Origin: Candidatus Aenigmatarchaeota archaeon
GTDB taxonomy: Archaea; Aenigmatarchaeota; Aenigmatarchaeia; PWEA01; JACQIF01
NCBI GenBank assembly: GCA_016432325.1
Contig: CP066684.1
Location: forward strand, 192,001 to 256,000
Reading direction: 5' to 3'
DNA: 64,000 nt
Shown here: one piece after another, positions 18,480-28,367 of the stretch
Layout of the letters: each line of letters begins with the position of its first letter
Position numbering within the stretch: the first letter of the stretch is position 1
Notes under the pieces: generated by a model
What the model saw: only the letters and a program-made list of their open reading frames with translations
What the model was told of the DNA's origin: nothing
Databases searched by the model: none
Made by a program: the position numbers and the translations under genes

Positions 18480-18543
18480 TTACACGTCACCTCCTTCGAT
18501 TCGTCGCCTAACGTATATATTCTTCGCATAAAAACGTCTTGTC

Positions 18544-19101
18544 ATGGACGGCTGTGTGTTCTGCAAGATAGCCACGAAGGAGATAGCGTCAGAGATAATC
18601 TACGAAGACGACAAGACCCTCGCGTTTCTCGACATCAATCCGATTACTCCCGGCCATACCGTGGTGATTCCCAAGGGCCACGCCTCAAGCATCGTGGATA
18701 TGGACACCAAAGGAGTGCAGGCCGTTTTTACCGCGGTGAGAAACGTCGTGCAGCAGATACAGAAGGCCATGTCTCCTGTCGGTTTCAACTACGGCGTCAA
18801 CCAAGGGCGCGCGGCGGGGCAGGCCATAGACCACCTGCACGTTCACGTGCTGCCGCGCTTTGAGAACGACGGCGGCGGCTCGATACACATGATAGTGAGA
18901 AATCCTCCGCGCAAACAGACGGTCGAAGAGATAGGGGGCACGATACGCGCGGCCTCGGGGTTTGTCCAGAAAGACGAGCCCGCGGAGGAGGCGCCGGCGA
19001 AGAAAGAGGAGCCGAAGGAAGACCTGGAAAAGAAGATGAAAGCGCTTGAAGAAGAGATGTCCAAGCATATCGCGACTCTGAAGAGGATGAGGCGGCCTTA
19101 A
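18544..19101 (+). CDS. HIT family hydrolase with charged C-terminal extension
   Basis: CVFCKI, HTVVIPK, HLHVHVLPR. Confidence 0.92.
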   Translation: MDGCVFCKIATKEIASEIIYEDDKTLAFLDINPITPGHTVVIPKGHASSIVDMDTKGVQAVFTAVRNVVQQIQKAMSPVGFNYGVNQGRAAGQAIDHLHVHVLPRFENDGGGSIHMIVRNPPRKQTVEEIGGTIRAASGFVQKDEPAEEAPAKKEEPKEDLEKKMKALEEEMSKHIATLKRMRRP

Positions 19102-19185
19102 AGCGAAGCTTCAGATCTCCCTGCTGGGAAGGATGCGAGGAGGTCGTAATCGTGTTTTTATTCTTGTGTCGCACACTCGAACCAA

Positions 19186-19466
19186 GCGGCGATAGTCTAG
19201 TGGTTTCCGCGGCAGCTTCATGGCGTACACCGCCCCGCGGAAATTGTAGGACCTTAGCCTTCCATGGCGCCTTTTTGAGCACGTCCGCTCAAAAACCCGC
19301 GGGAATGCACGGAACAAAGTTCCGGCACATCGGGAGCACACTCCCGAATAAAATCCGCTGGCGCACGATGAAAGCTAATGACCCGGGTTCGAACAAGTGG
19401 CACGTGCGCGCGCCCCTTGAACCCCTACGACGTAGGCGTTTCATGAAAATCCCGGTCGCCGCACCA
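19186..19466 (+). tRNA. tRNA-Gly(UCC) with three introns (~19205-19247 D-loop, 19265-19372 at 37/38, 19394-19449 T-loop)
   Basis: Spliced: GCGGCGATAGTCTAGTGGT|AGGACCTTAGCCTTCCA|AGCTAATGACCCGGGTTCGAA|TCCCGGTCGCCGCACCA, a complete cloverleaf. Confidence 0.92.
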
Positions 19467-19499
19467 ACGTTTATATCCACATAATCATCTCTTTATCGC

Positions 19500-20192
19500 A
19501 TGCCCATAGAACGATGTACGCTCGGAGTGTCCGGTCTTGACCAGTGCATCGAAGGCGGCCTTCTGAGGGGAAGTTCGAACCTTGTTGCCGGAGGGCCCGG
19601 TTCGGGAAAATCCATCCTGTGCATGCAGTTCCTGGTGGACGGCGCCGTGAAAGGGGAAAACGGGATGTACGTCTCTTTCGAGGAGGACGAGACGCAGATG
19701 GCGCAGAACTTCTCCCCTTTCGGATGGGAACTGGACAAGCTGGTGAAAGGCGGCAAGATAATGCTGAAGTATTTCTCTCCGGAGCACGTGGCGACTTACC
19801 TCAAGGCGCCTGTAGACCCCCTGCTGGACACGGTTCGCCAGTACAACGTCAAGAGAATCGTGATAGACTCGGCAAGCGGCTACGAGATACTCTTCGACAG
19901 CGACTACAGCCGCCGCGTCGGCCTCCTGAAGCTCCTCGAAAGCCTGAAAAAATACGGCGCGACCATACTGATAACTTCTGAGCGCGACCTGTCCACGGAG
20001 GCCCCCAACTTCATAGAGTTCCTGGTCAACGGAGCGATAGTGCTGTACAACACCCGGCAGGGCAGCCAGCGCGGCCGCGGAATCGAGGTGCTGAAGATGC
20101 GCGCCACGAACCACACGCAGAAGATAATGCCAATGAAGATAGACAAGAAGGGGATAACGGTCTACCCGGACGAGCTGTTCTTCCAGGCATAG
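19500..20192 (+). CDS. single-domain KaiC/RAD55-like ATPase
   Basis: GGPGSGKS, YVSFEE, IVIDS, EVLKMRAT. Confidence 0.9.
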   Translation: MPIERCTLGVSGLDQCIEGGLLRGSSNLVAGGPGSGKSILCMQFLVDGAVKGENGMYVSFEEDETQMAQNFSPFGWELDKLVKGGKIMLKYFSPEHVATYLKAPVDPLLDTVRQYNVKRIVIDSASGYEILFDSDYSRRVGLLKLLESLKKYGATILITSERDLSTEAPNFIEFLVNGAIVLYNTRQGSQRGRGIEVLKMRATNHTQKIMPMKIDKKGITVYPDELFFQA

Positions 20193-20410
20193 TTCCTTGA
20201 CGTCAACCGTGTCAGAGGACAATCGATCGTTTCGGCAGAAAATGAGACCGGCGTTCTTCCAGAAAAACATCTTCGACTGTCGAACTTTATGGGGGTTCCT
20301 AGCCTGTTGACATAGAATTTTTGAGCGACTGTCGAAACATCTGCTCGACAATACGAATTCTTTATATATCAGCGCGTTGAAAAGAGAAGCGCAAGATTTT
20401 TCTTGCGATG

Positions 20411-20530
20411 AAAGTTGTCGAGGACAGAATGAAACCTTCGGTTTTCAAACGTCCCCGCGGGAACGCCGTTGAGGGCAAAATGAAAACCCCGGTTTTCAAA
20501 AGTCCCTGCCATAAAATTGTCGAGGACACG
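20411..20530. repeat. degenerate 51-bp tandem repeat (about 2.4 units) with GAAAC/GTTTC hairpins
   Basis: TTGTCGAGGACA recurs 102 bp apart; hairpins at 20430-20447 and 20481-20498. Confidence 0.75.
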
Positions 20531-20536
20531 ACAAAC

Positions 20537-20974
20537 ATGGACTCCGTTGACACGAGAGGAAAAATAATAGATCTGGAAGAGCTTCACAACCAGAATGAAG
20601 GAACTGTGACGCTTCATTTCACTCCCACGACTATCGAAAGCATAGACAAGGTCTTTCTGCTGGATTTCGTTTCTGAAAAGAGGCGCGCCTCGCTCTATCT
20701 GGAGGTCGTGAAGAACGAACCGTTCCTGTCTGTGCGCGCGGAGCACGGGGACTTCGTCGAATGGAAACAGAAGGTTGAATGGAAGAACAACCAGAAGGTC
20801 TTCATCGCAGTTTCCTGGGACATGAAAGAAGGCTACCTGAAGGTTTTTGTAGACGAGCAGCCGTTCAAGGCGATAAATTTGAAGTCTCTTGGCTTTGACA
20901 ACATCGGACAGAAGTTAGTCATCGGTTCGGACTACGAGAACCACTATCCGGGCAATTTCAATATTTCTATGTAG
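20537..20974 (+). CDS. LamG/concanavalin-A-like domain protein with no signal peptide
   Basis: EGTVTLHFTP, W....VFIAVSWD, LKVFVD, LVIGSD. Confidence 0.6.
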   Translation: MDSVDTRGKIIDLEELHNQNEGTVTLHFTPTTIESIDKVFLLDFVSEKRRASLYLEVVKNEPFLSVRAEHGDFVEWKQKVEWKNNQKVFIAVSWDMKEGYLKVFVDEQPFKAINLKSLGFDNIGQKLVIGSDYENHYPGNFNISM

Positions 20975-21023
20975 ACAGCGTGTCCTGACTGCGTCTTATA
21001 AGCAACACGCGCGTACGTAACGC

Positions 21024-21347
21024 ATGATACCTCCGCGCTGGCGCCGCATCGCCCGCGAACGCGTCTCGATACTCGTGCGTCTGGCCAGGGAAGAGGCGCG
21101 CGCCCATCCGGAACGCTCCAAACGTTACATCGAACTGGCCATGAAGATAGCGGAAAAGTACAAGGTCCGCCTGCCCAAGAGCGCGAAGAGAAAGTTCTGC
21201 AAGCGCTGCCGCGCGTATTGGATCCCCGGCGTGAGCGTAAGCGTGCGCTTGAAGAGCAGAGAACGCATCATCGCGTACATTTGTGCGTCCTGCGGCTACG
21301 AAAAGAGGTATCCTTACGCCAAAAAGGCCCGGAAAGCGCCAAATTAA
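21024..21347 (+). CDS. rnp4: RNase P protein component 4 (Rpp21)
   Basis: IARERV..L, FCKRC, CASCG..KRYP. Confidence 0.92.
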   Translation: MIPPRWRRIARERVSILVRLAREEARAHPERSKRYIELAMKIAEKYKVRLPKSAKRKFCKRCRAYWIPGVSVSVRLKSRERIIAYICASCGYEKRYPYAKKARKAPN

Positions 21348-21385
21348 AGCATATAAACCTGTGAGAGCGCTTTAGGACGGGTATT

Positions 21386-21802
21386 ATGATAACAGCACAC
21401 GAAGCAAATCCGCAGAGGCTCGTCGACGCCGCAAAAGAAGAGCTGAAGAACGTCGCAGCCGTCAAGCCTCCCGCGTGGTCAGCGTACGTGAAGACCGGCG
21501 TCTCGCGCGAACGGCCGCCGCAGCAAATAGACTGGTGGTACTCTCGCGCGGCGTCCGTATTGAGAAAAATATACATCGAAGGCCCTGTAGGCACGCAACG
21601 GCTCCGGAACGTGTACGGCGGTCGCAAGAACAGAGGGGCGCGTCCCGAACATTTTTACAAAGGCAGCGGTTCGTCGGTAAGAAAGATACTCCAGCAGCTC
21701 GAAACAGCCGGCCTCGTCAAGAAAGAAGGCACGAAGGGCCGCGTTGTTACGCCGCAAGGCAAGAAGATGTTGGACATGCTCGCCAAGAAACTGGTCGGGT
21801 GA
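21386..21802 (+). CDS. rps19e: 30S ribosomal protein S19e
   Basis: PPAW..YVKTG..RERPP, WWYSRAASVLRK, YGGRKNRG. Confidence 0.96.
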   Translation: MITAHEANPQRLVDAAKEELKNVAAVKPPAWSAYVKTGVSRERPPQQIDWWYSRAASVLRKIYIEGPVGTQRLRNVYGGRKNRGARPEHFYKGSGSSVRKILQQLETAGLVKKEGTKGRVVTPQGKKMLDMLAKKLVG

Positions 21803-21806
21803 GCGC

Positions 21807-22064
21807 ATGGACACGAGCGTGCAGGCAGCGCAGCTGGAAAAGATGAAGAAGGAGATGCTGCGAACGGTCCTGACGAAAGAGGCGATGGAGCGTCTCGGCC
21901 GCGTGCGGCTCGCGAACGCGCTGCTCGCGTCGCAGCTGGAGCTGACGCTTGTGCAGATGGTCCAGACGGGTCAGGCCCGCGGACAGATAACGGACGAGCA
22001 GTTGAAGCACATCTTGGATTCGCTCGCGTCGAAGAAGAAGCCGACAAGAATAACGCGGAGATAA
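21807..22064 (+). CDS. PDCD5/DUF122 DNA-binding protein
   Basis: LRTVLTKEAMERLGRV, ITDEQLKHIL; synteny. Confidence 0.9.
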   Translation: MDTSVQAAQLEKMKKEMLRTVLTKEAMERLGRVRLANALLASQLELTLVQMVQTGQARGQITDEQLKHILDSLASKKKPTRITRR

Positions 22065-22101
22065 TGGGGAACTCAACAGGAGCCCCGGAAGAAATTGGTG
22101 T

Positions 22102-22121
22102 CCTGAAACTGCGGTTTCAGG
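22102..22121. repeat. CCTGAAAC-TGCG-GTTTCAGG hairpin flanked by GAAAT(T)GGTG direct repeats
   Basis: Read directly from sequence. Confidence 0.7.
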
Positions 22122-22148
22122 TTTCCAAGCGCGGAAATGGTGAAGTTC

Positions 22149-22322
22149 ATGGGAACAATAAAGCATCGCGGTCTGAAGAAGAGGTTGCTTAGCCGCGCGC
22201 GCGTTACATCCGCTCCTCTCTGGGCCAATTTGCGCAAATTCGGCATCAAGCGCACGAGAACGCGCAGGATACGCGTGGTAGGCCAGAAGCACTGGAGACG
22301 CGACTCGAAGGTGAAGGCATGA
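22149..22322 (+). CDS. rpl39e: 50S ribosomal protein L39e
   Basis: KKRL, APLW, HWRR; synteny with L31e. Confidence 0.85.
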   Translation: MGTIKHRGLKKRLLSRARVTSAPLWANLRKFGIKRTRTRRIRVVGQKHWRRDSKVKA

Positions 22323-22729
22323 GCGAACGCGTATACACGATAAACCTTAGCGCCGTCAAGGGAGTGGCGAGAATAGACCGCGCGAAGAAGGCAGTCGTTC
22401 TCATACGGCGTTTCCTCGAACGCCACATGAAGGGCACTGTCATGATAAGCCCGGCTCTCAACGAATATGTCTGGTCCAGAGGCATCAAGAAGCCTCCTGT
22501 CCGCGTGAAGGTCAAGGCAACCAAGGACGGCGAAATCGTAAAGGCCGAGCTCGTTGAAACTGAACAGAGGGTTAGGGCCACCAAGAAAACCAAGAAAGGC
22601 AAGATAGGGTCAAAGAAAGAAACAGCGAAGACAGAGGCGCCTGCAGAGACAAAGGCAGGAAAGAAAATCGAGAAAGCAAGCGACGAGAAGCCTAAAGACG
22701 CCAAGCCCGAAACAGAGAAGAAGGAGTGA
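22319..22729 (+). CDS. rpl31e: 50S ribosomal protein L31e with Lys/Glu-rich tail
   Basis: [27 protein letters not shown]. Confidence 0.93.
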   Translation: MSERVYTINLSAVKGVARIDRAKKAVVLIRRFLERHMKGTVMISPALNEYVWSRGIKKPPVRVKVKATKDGEIVKAELVETEQRVRATKKTKKGKIGSKKETAKTEAPAETKAGKKIEKASDEKPKDAKPETEKKE

Positions 22730-22923
22730 TTGTTATTCCTAAGAAAAAGCCGTCCAAATCAAAGCACAAGCACATCCAGATATGGAAGAAGTACAAGGTG
22801 TCTGGGAGCACCGTCGAACGCCCGGTTTCGTGCCCAAGATGCGGTACCGGTACTTTCCTCGCGCAGCACAAGAACCGCTCCACATGCGGCAAATGCGGAT
22901 TTTCAGAGACCAAGAGTAAGTAG
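22726..22923 (+). CDS. rps27ae: 30S ribosomal protein S27ae
   Basis: [19 protein letters not shown]. Confidence 0.93.
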   Translation: MIVIPKKKPSKSKHKHIQIWKKYKVSGSTVERPVSCPRCGTGTFLAQHKNRSTCGKCGFSETKSK

Positions 22924-22932
22924 GTGTAACAA

Positions 22933-23205
22933 ATGGCAAAAGCCATTTTGAGAAAGGTCGAGTTCAGAAAGATTCCAGAGACGGATAGAGCATTAATAGA
23001 AGCCGAGCTGAATAGACACGCGCCAGGAGAAGACGAAGCTCGTTCAGGCTGGATATTCGATAAATACGGCGAGGTTTACTGGGTCGACAGGCAACACTGG
23101 AACTGGGGCCAGGGCTTCAAAGATGCCGGGGAAGTGGTGGGCTACATCGGCAAGTACTATGAACAGAACGGCGACAAGACGCCAATCAAAAAACCAAACG
23201 CTTAA
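22933..23205 (+). CDS. hypothetical protein
   Basis: AGGTG SD; co-oriented ORF. Confidence 0.6.
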   Translation: MAKAILRKVEFRKIPETDRALIEAELNRHAPGEDEARSGWIFDKYGEVYWVDRQHWNWGQGFKDAGEVVGYIGKYYEQNGDKTPIKKPNA

Positions 23206-23244
23206 ATACGAACGGACGGAACAGAAACTTCTTCCGGTGAGGAC

Positions 23245-25212
23245 ATGGCAATGATAGAAATCGGTGTTTCGTTACTCGCTCTTCTTGTCGCTGGAATATT
23301 CGCGTGGAGCATCCTCAGAATGAGTCCGGGCAACGCGAAGATGGTCGAAATCTCGCGCGCAATACAGGAAGGATCGTTCGCGTACCTCAAAAGACAGTAT
23401 ACGGTTGTTTCAATATTTGCCGTCGTGCTTGCGGCCGCCCTGTGGCTCGCTCTGGGCCCGACCATCGCCATAGGATTCGTCTTCGGCGCTTTCCTTTCCG
23501 CTCTCGCAGGTTTCGTGGGTATGAACATTTCAGTGCGCGCCAACGCGCGCACGGCGCACGCCGCGCAGAACGGCCTGAACGCCGCGCTGGGTGTCGCATT
23601 CCGCGGCGGCGCAGTCACAGGGCTTAGTGTCGTGGGCCTCGGTCTTTTCGGAGTCTCTGTAATGTATATGTGGACCGGTTCCCCGCTTGCAATGGTAGGC
23701 TTTGGTTTCGGCGCGTCGTTGATTTCTCTCTTCGCCAGAGTCGGGGGCGGCATATACACGAAAGCCGCGGACGTAGGCGCAGACCTCGTGGGAAAGGTTG
23801 AGGCAGGCATACCCGAAGACGATCCAAGAAACCCCGCAGTCATAGCAGACAACGTCGGCGACAACGTCGGAGACTGCGCGGGAATGGCCGCGGACCTTTT
23901 TGAAACATACGCCGTTACGATTCTCGCTGCCATGATACTCGGCGTCTCGAAAGGCGGCGCTTACGTGACGTACCCGCTGATGCTGGGCGCGGCCGCGATC
24001 GTGGCGTCCATAATAGGAACGTTCTTTGTCAGGGCGAGCGGCAAGAAGATAATGCGCGCGCTTTACATGGGTCTGCTCGTGTCTGCGGTGCTCTCGGCGG
24101 CTGCGTTCTATTACATAACGATGACGTATTTCGCGAACGCCTCGCTCTTCTACGCGTCGCTCGCGGGCTTGGGCGTCGCCGTAGCGCTGAACTTCATAAC
24201 GGACTACTACACGTCCAAGAACTACAGGCCCGTGATAAGCATAGCAGAAGCTTCTGAAACAGGTCCGGCGACAAATCTGATAAACGGTCTCGGAATCGGT
24301 ATGAAGGCCACGGCAGCGCCTCTTCTCGTGATTGTCGCGGGAATACTGCTCTCGTACCACTTCGGCGGCGTTTACGGAATCGCTATAGCAGGAGTCGCCA
24401 TGCTCTCGCTCACAGGAATAATAGTCGCTATCGATTCGTATGGCCCGATAACAGACAACGCAGGCGGCATAGCAGAGATGGCCGGCCTGCCCAAGCGCGT
24501 GCGCGAGATTACGGACGCGCTGGACGCTGTCGGCAACACCACAAAAGCAGTCACTAAAGGATATGCGATAGGCTCGGCCGCGCTTGCGACGCTCGCGCTG
24601 TTCGTCGCGTACGTCGAGGAGGTCTCGAAGGCAGGAGGTTCCGTAACGCTTGCGCTCACCGACCCTCTTGTCGTGGCCGGACTGTTCATCGGTGCGATGA
24701 TACCGTTCCTGTTCTCATCGTACTTGATGAACGCCGTCGGAGTCGCGGCCAAGGAAGTCGTTAAAGAGGTGCGCCGCCAGTTCAGGACGATGCCTATAAT
24801 GAAGGGCAAGGCCAAGCCCGATTACGCGAGATGCGTCTCAATCGTAACGGCGTCGGCGCAGCGTGAGCTCGTTATACCGGGTCTCATCGCAGTCGCGTCG
24901 CCGATTCTCGTGGGCTTCGTGCTGGGGCCTGTCGCGCTCGGCGGCATGCTCATAGGCTGCATAATGTCAGGACTGCTTCTTGCGATACAGATGACCACAG
25001 GCGGCGCGGCGTGGGACAACGCGAAGAAGTACATAGAAGGCGGCAAGTTCGGAGGCAAGGGTTCAAATGCGCACAAGGCCGCCGTCGTTGGAGACACCGT
25101 GGGAGACCCGCTCAAGGACACTGCAGGTCCGGCGATAAATCCGCTGATAAAAGTGATGAACATCGTGGCGCTGCTGCTTGCGTCGTCGTTCGTCATGTAC
25201 TCGCTGCTGTAA
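23245..25212 (+). CDS. hppA: membrane H+-translocating pyrophosphatase (K+-independent signature)
   Basis: [39 protein letters not shown]. Confidence 0.96.
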   Translation: MAMIEIGVSLLALLVAGIFAWSILRMSPGNAKMVEISRAIQEGSFAYLKRQYTVVSIFAVVLAAALWLALGPTIAIGFVFGAFLSALAGFVGMNISVRANARTAHAAQNGLNAALGVAFRGGAVTGLSVVGLGLFGVSVMYMWTGSPLAMVGFGFGASLISLFARVGGGIYTKAADVGADLVGKVEAGIPEDDPRNPAVIADNVGDNVGDCAGMAADLFETYAVTILAAMILGVSKGGAYVTYPLMLGAAAIVASIIGTFFVRASGKKIMRALYMGLLVSAVLSAAAFYYITMTYFANASLFYASLAGLGVAVALNFITDYYTSKNYRPVISIAEASETGPATNLINGLGIGMKATAAPLLVIVAGILLSYHFGGVYGIAIAGVAMLSLTGIIVAIDSYGPITDNAGGIAEMAGLPKRVREITDALDAVGNTTKAVTKGYAIGSAALATLALFVAYVEEVSKAGGSVTLALTDPLVVAGLFIGAMIPFLFSSYLMNAVGVAAKEVVKEVRRQFRTMPIMKGKAKPDYARCVSIVTASAQRELVIPGLIAVASPILVGFVLGPVALGGMLIGCIMSGLLLAIQMTTGGAAWDNAKKYIEGGKFGGKGSNAHKAAVVGDTVGDPLKDTAGPAINPLIKVMNIVALLLASSFVMYSLL

Positions 25213-25247
25213 AAAGGCTTTAAAAACCCCCGCGCCAAATCCGGTTC

Positions 25248-25751
25248 ATGGCGTTCGAGCGCACGAGAGCCTCTGTCGACAGAAAACTCGAAGCCTTGGG
25301 CCTGAGTGCCAAGTATAAGATGTACAGGCTTGGAAGAGGCGAGAGTTGGTGTTCTGAAAGAAGGCGCGTTTTGCACATCAACCAACGGGACGCGGATTCA
25401 AGAATGATGGCCCGGCAAAGCATCGACCATGTCGTCCTGCACGAACTCGGGCACGTATTCTCATACGAAAACAAGGCAAAACTTGGGCGCAACGCAAAGG
25501 CGCGCCGTCTGTTCGGCAACATATACAAACATTACAGGCGCAACATGAAACCGAAGCGCAACAGCCCGGACTTCATCTCCACCTACGCGCAGGTCCATCC
25601 GGCGGACAACTTCGCCGAAGTGTTCGGCGTTTACGTCCACTTCGGGGGAGACATGAAGAAGGTAGGGAAGTTCCTGCGTTCCGGGGGAAAGAGCGGCGTT
25701 GTCATGAAACAGTTCAGATGGCTTGCCGGATTCGTGAAACAGGCCGGATAA
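25248..25751 (+). CDS. putative zinc metallopeptidase (HExxH)
   Basis: VLHELGH and FISTYAQVHPADNFAEVF. Confidence 0.65.
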   Translation: MAFERTRASVDRKLEALGLSAKYKMYRLGRGESWCSERRRVLHINQRDADSRMMARQSIDHVVLHELGHVFSYENKAKLGRNAKARRLFGNIYKHYRRNMKPKRNSPDFISTYAQVHPADNFAEVFGVYVHFGGDMKKVGKFLRSGGKSGVVMKQFRWLAGFVKQAG

Positions 25752-25784
25752 CATGTTTTTAAACAGGCCCGGCAAAGCTTGTTC

Positions 25785-26936
25785 ATGGCTTTCGACGTCG
25801 TCGTTCTGGGGGCCACCGGAATTCAGGGAAGGATATCCACCAGAGACCTGCTCGAGAGCGGCTACTCCGTCCTGATGTGCGGACGCGACAGGAAACGGAT
25901 TGAGCATCTGCTCAAGAAATACGGCAAGACGGCCTTCGAATACGTGGACCTGAGACTGATAAACTACACTACAAGCGTCATCAAGAAGTCCGGCGCGTCT
26001 GTCGTGCTCAACTGCGCGGAAGGGGACTGGAACCTTCATGCGCTCAAGGCTTGCATGAAGGCGAAGGCGCACTGCCTGGACCTCGGTTCTGAGATTGGGA
26101 TGACCAAGAGCCAGTTCGCTCTCCATGACAAACTCGTCAAGCTCGGCCTCGTGTCGATAACAGGCTGCGGCTCCACGCCTGGAATCAACAACGTCATGCT
26201 CCGCTACGCGGCGCAGAAGCTCGACCGCGTGCACAGCGTGGATGTCGGCTTCGCATGGTCGTCCAATATGGAAACGTTTGTCGTCCCGTTCTCGATAAGG
26301 AGCATTCTCGGAGAGTTCATCGAGCCGGCCACACTTTTAAAGAACGGCAGATTCGTGCACGTAAAGCCGAGGGACGTCTTCATCGAACAGAACTGCAGGG
26401 ACGTTGGCGTGCAGAAATCCTTCTTCGTCAAACACCCCGAGGTATACACGTTCTACAGGTTCCTCAAGAGCCGCGGCCTGAGAAACTCGCGCGTGTTCGC
26501 GGGCTTCCCAGAACATTCCTACAGGAAGATAATGGATTTGATAGAGCTGGGCATCGAATCCAAGAAGAAGATCGTCGTTGAAGGCAAGGACATCAAAACG
26601 GCTGACTTCCTGGCTGAGCTTCTGAAGGAACTCAAGATACCCAAGGGCTACAGAGAGAAGGAGAACCTCTGGCTCAAGGTTACGGGCACTCATAGAGGCA
26701 AGGAGAAAACAATACACATGGAGTGCGTCGTCTCCACGCTCAAGGGGTGGGAGGACGCCACGTGCAACGTCGACACAGGAATGCCCGCTTCTGTAATGGC
26801 GCAGATGGTCCTTGACGGAACGATAAAGGAAAGGGGTTCGTACGCCCCTGAAATGGTAGTGCCTCCGAAACCTTTCTTCAGGGAGCTGGCCAAGCGCAAG
26901 ATGGCGGTCTACGAGAACGGCAAGCGGATAAACTGA
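25785..26936 (+). CDS. saccharopine dehydrogenase-like oxidoreductase
   Basis: VLGATGIQG, CGSTPGINN, HPE, TGMPA. Confidence 0.85.
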   Translation: MAFDVVVLGATGIQGRISTRDLLESGYSVLMCGRDRKRIEHLLKKYGKTAFEYVDLRLINYTTSVIKKSGASVVLNCAEGDWNLHALKACMKAKAHCLDLGSEIGMTKSQFALHDKLVKLGLVSITGCGSTPGINNVMLRYAAQKLDRVHSVDVGFAWSSNMETFVVPFSIRSILGEFIEPATLLKNGRFVHVKPRDVFIEQNCRDVGVQKSFFVKHPEVYTFYRFLKSRGLRNSRVFAGFPEHSYRKIMDLIELGIESKKKIVVEGKDIKTADFLAELLKELKIPKGYREKENLWLKVTGTHRGKEKTIHMECVVSTLKGWEDATCNVDTGMPASVMAQMVLDGTIKERGSYAPEMVVPPKPFFRELAKRKMAVYENGKRIN

Positions 26937-26969
26937 ATCTTAATATAGATTGCTCCTGCCGATACAATC

Positions 26970-27986
26970 ATGCTCTGCCTCGGTATCGAATCAACGGCCC
27001 ACACGTTTGGAGTCGGCTTTGTCAGCGAACGCAAAGGCAAGTCCGAAATCCTCGGCGGCCACAAGGAGATGTACGTCCCCCCGAAAGGCAGCGGAATCCA
27101 TCCTCGCGAAGCCGCAGACCACCACGCGGAGCTGTGTGCGGACGTGCTGCAAAGGGCTCTGGAAAATGCAAACGTGCGTCTGGATGACGTCAACGTAGTT
27201 GCGTACAGCCAAGGACCCGGACTGCCTCCGTGCCTGCGCGTTGGCGCCACTTTCGCGCGCATGCTCGCCGCGCGTTTGAAGAAACCGTTAGTCGGAGCGA
27301 ACCACTGCATTGCGCACATTGAGATTGGCAAGCTCACGACAGGCGCAGAAGACGCCGTGGTCGTGTACGTCTCCGGAGGCAACACGCAAGTCATCGCTTA
27401 CGCAGAAGGAAGATACCGCATCTTCGGGGAAACGGAAGACGTTGCGATAGGCAACGCGCTGGACACGTTCGCGCGCGCGGCCGGGCTGCAGGAACCAGGC
27501 GGCCCAAAGATAGAGGCTCTCGCGAAAGGCGGGGCGTACATAGAGCTTCCGTACGTCGTCAAGGGCATGGACCTGTCTTTCGCAGGGCTGATAACCGAGG
27601 CAGAGAAAAGATTGAAGCGCGGCGCCCGTCTGGAAGACCTCTGCTTCTCTTTGCAGGAAACGTGCTTTGCGATGCTCACGGAAGTAACTGAACGCGCTCT
27701 CGCCCATACAGGGAAGAACGAAGTGTTGCTTACCGGAGGAGTCGCGTCGAACAGGCGCCTTATAGAGATGTTGCAAACAATGTGCGGCGAGAGAGGCGCA
27801 ACTCTTCGCGTAGTCGAACGCGCTTATTCTGGAGACAACGGAGTAATGATAGCGTACGCCGGACTGCTCGCGTACAAGGCAAGGCAGATTCTCAAACCGA
27901 AAAACAGCAAGATAATACAGATGTGGCGCACGGACGAAGTCGAGTGCGGATGGCTATCAGAAAAGGCCAAGAGCGAGCACGATTAG
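26970..27986 (+). CDS. kae1: KEOPS t6A synthase Kae1
   Basis: GIESTAHT, GIHPREAADHH, NHCIAHIE, YVSGGNT, DNGVMIA. Confidence 0.96.
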   Translation: MLCLGIESTAHTFGVGFVSERKGKSEILGGHKEMYVPPKGSGIHPREAADHHAELCADVLQRALENANVRLDDVNVVAYSQGPGLPPCLRVGATFARMLAARLKKPLVGANHCIAHIEIGKLTTGAEDAVVVYVSGGNTQVIAYAEGRYRIFGETEDVAIGNALDTFARAAGLQEPGGPKIEALAKGGAYIELPYVVKGMDLSFAGLITEAEKRLKRGARLEDLCFSLQETCFAMLTEVTERALAHTGKNEVLLTGGVASNRRLIEMLQTMCGERGATLRVVERAYSGDNGVMIAYAGLLAYKARQILKPKNSKIIQMWRTDEVECGWLSEKAKSEHD

Positions 27987-28223
27987 AAGCACAACGACAA
28001 TGAATGCCGCCACGTACACCAATGCGTCTATATGCGCGGGCACGGAGACCGGCTTCTGCGGAACTCCGATGGGTTTTCTTACAGGCATCTTTGAAGCTTC
28101 CTTCTCGTCGAGAAACATGAACGGCCCTGTTGAACCGCAGTTCTTGCATTTCATCGTTTCGTTATCGACGGCGACGTCGCTGCTGTGGCAAGAACCGCAG
28201 ACGTTCACTCGAGCCATGCCCAT
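27957..28223 (-). CDS. Zn-ribbon protein with C-terminal TM anchor
   Basis: CGSC...CKNC plus hydrophobic tail; start trimmed. Confidence 0.6.
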   Translation of the reverse strand: MGMARVNVCGSCHSSDVAVDNETMKCKNCGSTGPFMFLDEKEASKMPVRKPIGVPQKPVSVPAHIDALVYVAAFIVVVLLIVLALGLF

Positions 28224-28367
28224 AGGTTGTGTTTCGAAAGGCTTTAAGGTCGCGTCGATGAGGATTATATCGATTGTTACGAAATAAACAAATGAGCTAA
28301 ACGTATGTTCAACAGATGACGACGAAAGGTATTTATTCGTCCACTTGCATAATGTGCATAGGAACTG

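Noticed and set aside
17514-18863. Long shadow ORFs (also 46516..47664, 56344..57840, 58783..59817, 7218..8102)
   Set aside because: Lie antisense to or out of frame with well-supported genes in GC-rich DNA and have no motifs
19111-19484. Short ORFs over the tRNA loci (also 12191..12496 and 54796..54996)
   Set aside because: Explained by intron-containing tRNA genes
20411-20530. CRISPR array (also considered at 43301-43407 and 54705-54830)
   Set aside because: Only 2-3 degenerate units, no constant repeat with unique spacers, no cas genes
20408-20536. Repetitive N-terminal extension of ORF 20408..20974
   Set aside because: It is a translation of the 51-bp DNA repeat; ATG 20537 fits the domain start
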